Part shown: piece by piece, positions 23,741 to 31,889 of the stretch | How the letters are laid out: each line of letters opens with the position of its first letter | How positions within the stretch are numbered: position 1 is the first letter of the stretch | Source: a bacterium | Lineage (GTDB): Bacteria > JACRDZ01 > JAJRWM01 | DNA length: 39,591 bases | NCBI GenBank assembly: GCA_024276815.1 | Contig: JAJRWM010000100.1 | Coordinates: forward strand, 1-39,591 | Direction: 5' to 3' | Translations under genes and position numbers: made by a program | The notes under the pieces: model-generated | Databases searched by the model: none | The model's input: the letters and a program-made list of their open reading frames with translations, nothing else | Told to the model about the DNA's origin: nothing

Positions 23741-24752
23741 AAGGTTCGATTTCCACCACTTTATTGTTATTTCTCAAAGACTCTTCGACCGCTTCCAGGA
23801 TCCGGACCACGCGCCAGCCGCTCTTGCCGTCGCTACGGGGCGTCAGCCCGTTTTCAATACATTCGATGAAGTGCGAACACTCGCTTCTCAAAGGTTCCTT
23901 CATGTTAATCTTGGGGATATTGATATCCCCGGAGTGCAGCCGGTATTGGTATTCACCGTATAACTCTTCTTCCTCCGGAACAAATATTCCCTTGTCATAT
24001 AACTTGATTTTGCCCTCGTTGTCCACGTCATCGTAAATAACCATTTTACGGCTGCCGACAATAGTCATCTTTCTTACCTTGCTCGGATCAAGCCAGCTTG
24101 CCTGAACATAAGCGGTAACGTCATCAGGAAAAGAAAGTGACGCGAAAACGACATCCTCGTTGCCCTTTTTAATATAGCAGCCGCCGGTCGCCACGACCTT
24201 ATTGGGCATTTCACCCAATAAATGGAGTAAAATCGATATGTCGTGCGGGGCGATATTCCAGAAGGCGTTAATGTCGTCCCGGTAGCGTCCCAGGTTAACG
24301 CGGTTGGCATAGATATAAAAAACCTTGCCCAGCACGCCGTCATCAATGAGTTCTTTTATTTTCAAGACGGCTGAATTATATTCAAAAGTATGGCCAACCA
24401 TTAAACACAGGCCTTTTTCTTGAGCCAGTTGAGTAAGCTCATGGGCTTCGGCGCTGCTCAGGGTCAATGGTTTTTCCACCAGGATATGCTTGCCGGCCAG
24501 CAAGGCTTTTTTGCCCAGCTTATAGTGAAGGTTGGCCGGCGTGATGATCGCGACGGCTTCAATCCCGGGATCGCTCAGCAACCGGTCAATATCGGTTTCA
24601 GTACGCAAATCAGGATACATCGCCGCCTGTTGCTGAAGCCTGGTTTCGTCCGTGTCACAAATCGCGACCAACTCGGATTTTGGTATCTGGAAAAAATTGC
24701 GGATAATATTGGGGCCCCAATATCCGCATCCGACAACTGCGACTTTTACCAT
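23730..24752 (-). CDS. Gfo/Idh/MocA family NAD-dependent sugar oxidoreductase, WbpB-like
   Basis: 340 aa. N-terminal Rossmann VKVAVVGCGYWGPN, EKPL motif (ILVEKPLT). Confidence 0.8.
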   Translation of the reverse strand: MVKVAVVGCGYWGPNIIRNFFQIPKSELVAICDTDETRLQQQAAMYPDLRTETDIDRLLSDPGIEAVAIITPANLHYKLGKKALLAGKHILVEKPLTLSSAEAHELTQLAQEKGLCLMVGHTFEYNSAVLKIKELIDDGVLGKVFYIYANRVNLGRYRDDINAFWNIAPHDISILLHLLGEMPNKVVATGGCYIKKGNEDVVFASLSFPDDVTAYVQASWLDPSKVRKMTIVGSRKMVIYDDVDNEGKIKLYDKGIFVPEEEELYGEYQYRLHSGDINIPKINMKEPLRSECSHFIECIENGLTPRSDGKSGWRVVRILEAVEESLRNNNKVVEIEPYAG

Positions 24753-24769
24753 CTTGTTAAAACTCCTTT

Positions 24770-25729
24770 CTATGATTCTGAATATTCTATTATACGATGT
24801 AAAAGCTCATCGATATCGACTTGTGGTTGATAGCCAATCAAATTTTTTATTTTTGTCAAATCGGGGGTGCGTTCCGGCATATCCTCAAAACCCTGTTCGT
24901 AAGCTTCCTCATACGGGATGAATTCGATGGGCGAAGAAGAGTCGGTCATCTTTTTTATTTTTTCGGCCAACTGTAATATGGTGATGGACTGGTTGTTGCC
25001 CAGGTTGAAAATCTGGCCCACCGCCGCCGGCGTATCCATCAGCTTGGTGATCCCGGTCAGTACATCGCCAACGTAAGCGAAACAGCGGGATTGCTGACCG
25101 TCGCCATGAACGGTTATCGGGTGACCCAGCAAGGCCTGCTTGACAAATCTGGGAATCACCATTCCGTACTGACCGGTCTGCCGGGGGCCGCAGGTGTTAA
25201 AAAGCCGAACAATTATTACCGGCAGTTTTTTCTCGCGATGGTAGGCCAGCGCCCAGAATTCGTCCAGAGCTTTGGTGTTGGAATAACTCCAGCGCGAGAT
25301 ATGGGTCGAGCCCAGCAAGCGGTCGTCTTCCTCGCTAAAGGGAGATTCCGTTTTCTTGCCGTAGATTTCGGAAGTTGACGCCAGCAGTACCTTCTTTTTG
25401 TATTTAGCGCTCAGTCTGAGGACAATCTCGGAGCCCAGGACATTGGTCTGGATAGAGCGCAGCGGGTTATCAATGATCCACTTGACCCCCACCGCCGCGG
25501 CCAGGTGAAAAACCTGGTCCACCTGTTTAATCAGGTTCTCCATTATTGATTCATCGCGGATGGTGTCCAGGATAAAGTGGAGGTTCCCGTGTTTTTCGAT
25601 CCCGGCAATGTTTTCCAGGCTGCCCGTGGATAAATCATCAATTATGAAGACCTCGTGGCCGGCCGCCAGCTGTTTTTCAGCCAGATGAGAGCCAATAAAC
25701 CCCGCGCCGCCGGTAATCAGTGTTTTCAC
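24770..25729 (-). CDS. NAD-dependent epimerase/dehydratase, UDP-glucuronate decarboxylase (UXS)-like
   Basis: 319 aa. TGGAGFIGSHL, catalytic YSNTK (YxxxK), extended SDR layout. Confidence 0.8.
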   Translation of the reverse strand: MKTLITGGAGFIGSHLAEKQLAAGHEVFIIDDLSTGSLENIAGIEKHGNLHFILDTIRDESIMENLIKQVDQVFHLAAAVGVKWIIDNPLRSIQTNVLGSEIVLRLSAKYKKKVLLASTSEIYGKKTESPFSEEDDRLLGSTHISRWSYSNTKALDEFWALAYHREKKLPVIIVRLFNTCGPRQTGQYGMVIPRFVKQALLGHPITVHGDGQQSRCFAYVGDVLTGITKLMDTPAAVGQIFNLGNNQSITILQLAEKIKKMTDSSSPIEFIPYEEAYEQGFEDMPERTPDLTKIKNLIGYQPQVDIDELLHRIIEYSES

Positions 25730-25842
25730 GTATCAAACTCCGGAAGAGAAAATTATTTAAAACGAATCATTATATCATAAAAGATTAGGCGCCCGATTTG
25801 ATTTGAGCACGTTAACGGCGGGGCCAACGCGTTCTTGAAATA

Positions 25843-25863
25843 GGGGCAAAACGGCGTTTCCCC
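25843..25863 (-). terminator. Weak terminator-like hairpin after citrate synthase
   Basis: Minus strand GGGGAAACGccGTTTTGCCCC followed by TATTT, 20 nt after the stop. The T-tract is poor. Confidence 0.3.
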
Positions 25864-25882
25864 GGTAAACGTCCGGAAGGTC

Positions 25883-27139
25883 TTAACTGCGTCTCTCGGC
25901 TAGGGGGAGATATTTTTTGTTTTCCGGCCCGACATAAATCGAGGCCGGCCTGATTATCTTCTTCCCGCTGATTAGTTCCTCGATCCGATGCGCGGACCAG
26001 CCGGCGACTCTCGACATGGCGAACAGGGGGGTATAAATCTCTTTGGGGAAGCCCAGGTTGTCATAGACAAAGCCGGAGAAGAAATCAACGTTAGGCGCGA
26101 TGATCTTGTCAAGACCTTTAACTTTTCTGAAGACCTCAGGCGTTAACTCGGCGACCTTGTTGTAAAGATTAAATTCAGCGCTTCGGCCATTTACCGACGC
26201 CAATTCCCGGGCTTTTTCTTTTAATAATACCGCCCGGGGATCCGACTTGGTATAAACCGCGTGTCCCATGCCATAGATTAAGCCTGAGCCGTCGCCCCTT
26301 TCCTTACGGACGATTTTACTTAGATAGTCAATTACCTGGCCATCGTTTTCCCAGTCCCTGACGTTCTTTTTGATTTCATCCATCATGGCCATAACTTTCG
26401 CGTTGGCCCCGCCATGCTTAGGTCCTTTCAGCGCGCCAATCGCCGCCGCGAACGCGGAGTAGGTGTCGGTATCGGTGGAAGTGACGCAATGAGTCGTGAA
26501 AGTCGAATTGTTGCCGCCGCTGTGGTCCGCGTGGATAACCAACATCAGGTCCAGGATCTCCGCTTCCAGGGGAGTGTAGCTCCGATCTTCCCGAAGCATG
26601 TAAAGAAAAGTTTCCGCGGTGGTCAGCCCCTCCTTGGGTTCATGAATAAACAAACTTTTGCCATCCAGGTTATATCGCTTAGCCTGGTAAGCGCGGGCGA
26701 TTATGGTGGGGAACTTGGCGATCAGGCTGATGCACTGTTTAATAACATTACCCACTGAAATATCATCAGGGTTAGGGTCTTTTCGGTAAAGCACTGTTAC
26801 GTTGGATTGCAGCTTGTTCATAATATCGGCGCTGGGGAAAGGCAGGATGATGTGCTGGACAAAGCCGGAGGGGAGCCTCCTTTGTTCATACAAAGACTTG
26901 GAAAACATCTCTAACTCCTTGGAACAGGGAAGTTCTCCGAACATCAACAGGTATACGGTCTCTTCAAATCCATGCCGACCCTCTCTCTTGAAACCTTCGA
27001 CCAGGTCCTTGATTTCAATTCCCCGGTAGACCAGCCGGCCTTCAACGGGGATAACCCGGTGCCCTTCTTTGTGATAACCGACGACATCGGAGATTTCAGT
27101 CAGAATGGCCTTGACGCCGGTGCCATCATCATTTCTCAA
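25883..27139 (-). CDS. Citrate synthase (main ORF; the N-terminal 24 codons lie upstream of an in-frame TAA)
   Basis: GPKHGGANAKV, YGMGHAVYTKSDPRA and NVDFFSGFVY match citrate synthase active-site regions. The track start is a TTG in the middle of a KRGLRNDDGTGV segment. Confidence 0.85.
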   Translation of the reverse strand: MRNDDGTGVKAILTEISDVVGYHKEGHRVIPVEGRLVYRGIEIKDLVEGFKREGRHGFEETVYLLMFGELPCSKELEMFSKSLYEQRRLPSGFVQHIILPFPSADIMNKLQSNVTVLYRKDPNPDDISVGNVIKQCISLIAKFPTIIARAYQAKRYNLDGKSLFIHEPKEGLTTAETFLYMLREDRSYTPLEAEILDLMLVIHADHSGGNNSTFTTHCVTSTDTDTYSAFAAAIGALKGPKHGGANAKVMAMMDEIKKNVRDWENDGQVIDYLSKIVRKERGDGSGLIYGMGHAVYTKSDPRAVLLKEKARELASVNGRSAEFNLYNKVAELTPEVFRKVKGLDKIIAPNVDFFSGFVYDNLGFPKEIYTPLFAMSRVAGWSAHRIEELISGKKIIRPASIYVGPENKKYLPLAERRS

Positions 27140-27160
27140 GCCTCTCTTGATATCATATTA

Positions 27161-27232
27161 TTTGTACCAATGGTCCTCTATGTTATTATTACGCATTGCT
27201 TTTTCCACCAGTAATTTGCTTAAATCAGACAT
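27161..27232 (-). other. In-frame upstream segment of citrate synthase (MSDLSKLLVEKAMRNNNIEDHWYK), cut off by TAA at 27158-27160
   Basis: ATG 27232 is in the same frame as the main ORF (offsets 18 and 90 nt, both multiples of 3), with GGAGGAAGGA upstream. Joined length is about 449 codons. Confidence 0.55.
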
Positions 27233-27553
27233 GTTTCTCTTTTATCCTTCCTCCTGATACTAATAAAAAAATACGCCCCGCGAGAAATATCCATCCGTTA
27301 ACACTCCTCGTGATTAGACAGCCCAAGCGATTGTTGATATTTTTTCGCGATGATCCGTGGGAACCGGACAATGAAAGTATTTTACCATTTTAGACGGAAT
27401 TCGTCGAGTCGGATGTTGATTGAGTTGTGGTTGAGGTTGATTCGGGGGTAACCGGTCAGTATTTTGTCGCCCGGTCCCGGTTTGTCATTCCCCTGTCGGC
27501 CAGTCCCCGGATTCCTCCGCTTCACGGATTCCTTACATTCGGGTAAAGTTTAG

Positions 27554-29119
27554 TTGTTCTCTCAATTAAATACCTGTTTGACCGCTAATTTGACAACTTG
27601 CTATAATCGTCATGTGGTGATCCTCTTGAAAATTAAAAAACTGGCGGGTTCCAAATACTTCCCGCTTCTGTCCCTGGTTTTTCTGGCGTTTATCATCAAG
27701 CTGGCTTTTCTTCTGGAAATAAACCAGTACCCCTTTCTTGACGAACTCTCCTTGGACCCGGGTTTTTTTGACCGCTGGGGCATGAGGATCGCCGGGGGGA
27801 AACTCCTCGGCAAACGGGCGTTTTTCGCCGCCCCCTTATATCCCTATCTGCTTGGCGCTGTTTACGCGGTCTTCGGCCACAGCTTGTTTATCGTCCGCTT
27901 TTTTCAGATAGTGCTCAGCAGTATAAATGTAATCCTGATATTTTATCTTGGGAAAGGTTTTTTCAACCAACGGACGGCCTGCCTCGCTTCTCTGTTTTAT
28001 ATCTTCTGCGGCGTTTTCTATTTCTATGAAAGCCTCATATTAAAAACAAGTCTGGGGGTTTTCTTCAATCTGGTTTTCCTGGTGTCTTTAGCGAGTTTTC
28101 AGGAAAAACCAAGCGGGGGGAAAATCTTTTTCGCCGGTTTTACCTTGGGATTGGCCGCCGCGATTCGGGGCAATGTCTTGTTACTTCTTCCGTTTTTATA
28201 TTTTTACCTTTGTTGTTTGGGAGACAGAAAAAAAAGGCTGAGGAATTGTCTGATCTTTTCGGCTGGTTTCGCTTTGGTTCTCTCGCCAATTACTTTGCAT
28301 AATTTTGTGGTCAGCGAAGATCTGGTTCTGGTTAACTCCAACGCCGGGGTAAACTTTTATATCGGCAACAATCCAAGAGCGGATGGAACTTTTAAAAGTC
28401 CGCCAGGTATCAGGGCGAACATGGAATACGAGGAAGCGGACTATCTGAAATTAACCTCCGAATGGCTGGGACGGGAGCCAAAGCCATCAGAAGTTTCGCG
28501 CATCTGGTTTCAGAGAGGACTGGACTTTTTAGTGAAAAATCCCGGGCAAGCGGTTAAATTATATCTGCGCAAGGTTTTACTTTTCTGGAACCGGATGGAG
28601 CTTTCAGATAACCAGGATTACTATTTTTATCGCTCGCTGAGTAAAATATTAAAAATCATGCCGTCCGGGTTTGGGCTGGTCGCGCCGCTGGGTCTCGCCG
28701 GTATGTTAATTCACCTTAAGCGCTGGCGCTCTTTATTCCTGCTTTACTTGTTCGTGGTTGTTTATTTCCTCTCGACCATTCTCTTTTTCATTTTTGCCCG
28801 CTACCGATTAGGCATGTTGCCCTTTTTAATCATTTTCGCGGCGGCCTTTTCGGATATTCTCTGGCAAAATTTTTGTGAAAACCGGTTAAAACAACTGTTG
28901 CCGAAAGCCGGAGCGCTGGCAATGGCCGCGATGCTGGTTTTTTGGCCAATACCCGGAATGAAGAGCACCCACACTCTGGCACTTTCATATAATAAATATG
29001 GACATTCTTTTTATAAAGCTAAAAAATATCAACAGGCGATTAACTACTATAACAAGGCGTTGGAATATTTCCCGGGCTATGTTGATGTTTATAATCGATT
29101 GGGAATTGTGTATTTATAG
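27554..29119 (+). CDS. GT39 (ArnT/PMT-like) membrane glycosyltransferase with C-terminal TPR repeats, ending at an in-frame TAG
   Basis: Multi-pass membrane N-terminal domain typical of family 39, then TPR (YNKYGHSFYKAKKYQQAINYYNKALEYFPGY...). The true start is probably 27614-27626. Confidence 0.8.
   Translation: MFSQLNTCLTANLTTCYNRHVVILLKIKKLAGSKYFPLLSLVFLAFIIKLAFLLEINQYPFLDELSLDPGFFDRWGMRIAGGKLLGKRAFFAAPLYPYLLGAVYAVFGHSLFIVRFFQIVLSSINVILIFYLGKGFFNQRTACLASLFYIFCGVFYFYESLILKTSLGVFFNLVFLVSLASFQEKPSGGKIFFAGFTLGLAAAIRGNVLLLLPFLYFYLCCLGDRKKRLRNCLIFSAGFALVLSPITLHNFVVSEDLVLVNSNAGVNFYIGNNPRADGTFKSPPGIRANMEYEEADYLKLTSEWLGREPKPSEVSRIWFQRGLDFLVKNPGQAVKLYLRKVLLFWNRMELSDNQDYYFYRSLSKILKIMPSGFGLVAPLGLAGMLIHLKRWRSLFLLYLFVVVYFLSTILFFIFARYRLGMLPFLIIFAAAFSDILWQNFCENRLKQLLPKAGALAMAAMLVFWPIPGMKSTHTLALSYNKYGHSFYKAKKYQQAINYYNKALEYFPGYVDVYNRLGIVYL
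27578..27607 (+). promoter_or_regulatory. Strong sigma70-like promoter for the GT39 gene
   Basis: TTGACC (27578-27583), 18 nt, TATAAT (27602-27607). It lies inside the 5' end of the track ORF, so the real start is probably GTG 27614/27617 or TTG 27626. Confidence 0.5.
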
Positions 29120-29359
29120 ATGAATAATTATCCGGAAGCGGAGAAAAACTTCAAGAAAGCGCTGGCGGCGGACCCTGATTTTTTAGAAGCCTTGTCCAAC
29201 TACGCGCAATTAATGGAGAGAATCAGTACTTCCCAGGCGATTAAACTCTGGCAAACCTATCTAATGAAAGCTCAAAACAAGCCCAAGGAAAGCCAATATC
29301 TCTCCTTCGCCCGCAAGCATCTTCAAAAATTGCGAAAAAGATCAGGGGAGTCACCCTGA
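29120..29359 (+). CDS. TPR fragment continuing the GT39-TPR frame after the TAG
   Basis: Same frame as 27554-29119. ...LGIVYL*MNNYPEAEKNFKKALAADPDF completes one TPR motif across the stop. Confidence 0.6.
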   Translation: MNNYPEAEKNFKKALAADPDFLEALSNYAQLMERISTSQAIKLWQTYLMKAQNKPKESQYLSFARKHLQKLRKRSGESP

Positions 29360-29384
29360 ACTGTTCAGAAGAAACAGTCCTGTT

Positions 29385-30821
29385 TCAGGTAAAGTGTTTT
29401 TTCAGAAGCTGTTTCAGGTTTAAGAGCGTGTTTTTGCTCCTTTCTATTTTCTGCGTCAACTGACTGACAGCGGCGCTGTCCGCCTGTCCGAACTTCGCCA
29501 TATCGCGGTTCAGCCGCTCAATTAAGTAATTCGCTATTGTTACCAGATTGCTTTTTATCATCGGCAGGTCGGCGTCTATCCGAGCGGCCAGTTCATACTC
29601 TTTAAGCGCCAGATCAAACTCGCCCCGCTTGCAGTAAATACTGCCCAGATTACAGTGGGCGGCGGCGTTGTTAGGGTTAATCCCAAGCGATGAGCGATAA
29701 CTGTCTATGGCTTTTTCGAAGTCCCCGCTCAACTCATGTGAAACGCCCAACTGGAAGAAAAGCTCCCAGGAAACAAACCCCAGGCTGGTCGCCAGGTTAA
29801 AGTTCTCTATGGCCTTACGCTGGTTGCTCATGGCCGTTTCCAACAGGCCAATCTGATAATAAATCGGCTGGTAGCCAGGCTTTATGAGGCGAGCTTTTCT
29901 CAGGTGTTTTCTGGCCTGGTTGAAATTGTTGGCGGCTAAATAAGTGAGGCCGAGGTTGTAAACAGCGTCGAAGTAATCTTCTTTAATCTTAATCGCTTTT
30001 AAAAAGCATTCCTCCGCTTCGGTAAAACAGTTTTTCAACTGAAAAAGGTTACCCAGAGCGTTTAAAATGTAAGGGTTTTCCGGTTCAAGCCGGTTGGCGG
30101 TCCGCAGGCTTTTCAGGGCCTTGTCGGGTTGTTCCAATTCCTTTAAGACAACGCCCATTTCATAATGGGCAAGAGCGTTGTCAGGCTCGTTCTTTACCTT
30201 TTTCTCGCCTAATCTCAGCCTGGTTCTCATCTTTTCCCTTGTTTTTTCTTCGCTCACCAACTGCCCGTAGTGATGTATGGGCAGTTCCGTTGACTGCACC
30301 TGAAAGCCCAGGGCCTTGATGGATTTATCAACAGTCTCGTGGACAACGCCCTGAAACCGGACTAGGGGATGGTTTTTAAACAAACGGATTTTGTATGACG
30401 GAATCCAGCCGGGCGCTCCCCGGGCGTGAGTATTGTCGTTCTCCACCGGCTGGAAACCGGCGACTCCGGTTTTTAAACAATAATTGCGGGTGACAAAGTG
30501 GAATGCCTGCGCCGGCGATAGTTCCGGCAGCTTTTTCAGGCGGGCTGCGTCATCGGGAGCGATATGTTCGTCGGGGTCGAGTATCAGGATGTATTCCCGG
30601 GAAGCTTGCCGCAGGGAAAAGTTGCGGGCGGCGGCGAAATCGTCAGCCCATTGATAATCAAAAACTCGTGCGCCTTGCCGCAGAGATATTTCTCTGGAGT
30701 TGTCCTGCGAACCGGTATCGACGTAGATCAACTCATCGGCTACGAATTTAGCCATCGGCCAGAACTCAGGCAAACGCTCGGCTTCATTCTTACCAATGAC
30801 ACACAATGAAATCGTGGACAT
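29385..30821 (-). CDS. GT2 family glycosyltransferase fused to TPR repeats
   Basis: N-terminal ISLCVIGKNEA...YVDTGSQDNS...ILILDPDE (GT-A fold with DxD-like motif), then at least 6 TPR motifs. Confidence 0.8.
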   Translation of the reverse strand: MSTISLCVIGKNEAERLPEFWPMAKFVADELIYVDTGSQDNSREISLRQGARVFDYQWADDFAAARNFSLRQASREYILILDPDEHIAPDDAARLKKLPELSPAQAFHFVTRNYCLKTGVAGFQPVENDNTHARGAPGWIPSYKIRLFKNHPLVRFQGVVHETVDKSIKALGFQVQSTELPIHHYGQLVSEEKTREKMRTRLRLGEKKVKNEPDNALAHYEMGVVLKELEQPDKALKSLRTANRLEPENPYILNALGNLFQLKNCFTEAEECFLKAIKIKEDYFDAVYNLGLTYLAANNFNQARKHLRKARLIKPGYQPIYYQIGLLETAMSNQRKAIENFNLATSLGFVSWELFFQLGVSHELSGDFEKAIDSYRSSLGINPNNAAAHCNLGSIYCKRGEFDLALKEYELAARIDADLPMIKSNLVTIANYLIERLNRDMAKFGQADSAAVSQLTQKIERSKNTLLNLKQLLKKHFT

Positions 30822-31016
30822 AAAAAAAGCTCCTGTTGATGATTATTTAAACATAAATTTAAAAAAACGACAAACCACCGTTACCCGCCTTGAGCCAAGA
30901 TTCAGCCGCAATTTTATTTTCAGGTTAAATATGATATGATGTTAGAGTTGTTTGTGCTAACATTTCATGGAACATGGTATTGTGGAAAGAAAAACAGGAT
31001 GAAAGGATAACAGGCT

Positions 31017-31874
31017 ATGAGCAAATTCGGACGTGTTTTTGTTCTTTGGGTTAATTCCATAAAAACGCTTTTTACCGCGCCCAAAATCTGGATACCGATA
31101 CTGGTTATGGGAGGAATCCACCTGACGCTTCTTGCCTGCCTGTACTTTTTCCCCCGACCGCCGCTGAGAATGGTCTTCGCGCCGATTATCAGACGTTTTT
31201 TTGGCGAGACCTACCTGCACTATCCCTATAATTTCGTGGTCTTGCCTTACCTGGCTAAAATATTGCGACAGAGCCTGGTGATCTTTATCGATATTTACTT
31301 CATCGCGGTTTTAGCGAAATTAACCAGCCAGTCGCTGCGCGACCGCGCTTTGAGCCTGAAATCAGCCTTCAAAGACGCTCTTTTTAAAATTTTCCCCTTG
31401 CTGGCCTATTCCTTGCTCCTGGTCCTCATCCTGTACGTCGTGCAGAAAGTTCCCCCGTATGTGTTTAAAACGATCTATAAAAGCCCGATGATCGCGGATA
31501 AACAAATGGCTGTTTACAAGAGCATTAACCAGGGAATGTTTTACGCCCTGAAGTTTGTCGGCGTGGTTATTCAGGTTTTCTTCGTATATACGATACCCGC
31601 ACTGGTAGTCGGTGAGTACAGCCTGCTGCATTCGGTTGACCGCAGTTTCAGAATCGCGGCCCGTAATTTTTTTTCGACCCTGTTTTTGGTCCTGATCCCG
31701 ACCGCAGTCGTCTTCGGCATAGAGCAGTACGTCAAAACGCCCAAACCTTTAATAGAAAATTATTATCCGGAAGTAATCTTCCACATTTTGCTGGTGAATA
31801 TATTGCTATACGTAATGTTGAGTTATTTAACCATCGCCCCGGTCACCGAAGTTTACCTTGAGAACAGCAAGTAG
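31017..31874 (+). CDS. Polytopic membrane protein of unknown function (about 6-7 TM helices)
   Basis: 285 aa, hydrophobic segments throughout. I recognise no motif. Sits immediately upstream of the Wzz/BY-kinase gene. Confidence 0.6.
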   Translation: MSKFGRVFVLWVNSIKTLFTAPKIWIPILVMGGIHLTLLACLYFFPRPPLRMVFAPIIRRFFGETYLHYPYNFVVLPYLAKILRQSLVIFIDIYFIAVLAKLTSQSLRDRALSLKSAFKDALFKIFPLLAYSLLLVLILYVVQKVPPYVFKTIYKSPMIADKQMAVYKSINQGMFYALKFVGVVIQVFFVYTIPALVVGEYSLLHSVDRSFRIAARNFFSTLFLVLIPTAVVFGIEQYVKTPKPLIENYYPEVIFHILLVNILLYVMLSYLTIAPVTEVYLENSK

Positions 31875-31889
31875 GACGCGAATATAAGT

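Noticed and set aside
27158-29119. Genome-wide stop-codon reassignment to explain the in-frame TAA and TAG
   Set aside because: TAA, TAG and TGA each terminate several full-length, well-conserved genes in this window at the expected positions. Examples: TAA for lepA, acyP and the giant gene; TAG for the M23 peptidase, the UXS-like gene and Wzc; TGA for dnaA, dnaN, recF and copA.
31017-31874. The 285-aa membrane protein as the missing exosortase
   Set aside because: The size is right, but the single Cys sits in LLACLYFF rather than a CSG-type catalytic motif, and I see no conserved Arg/His pattern. This cannot be supported from the sequence alone.
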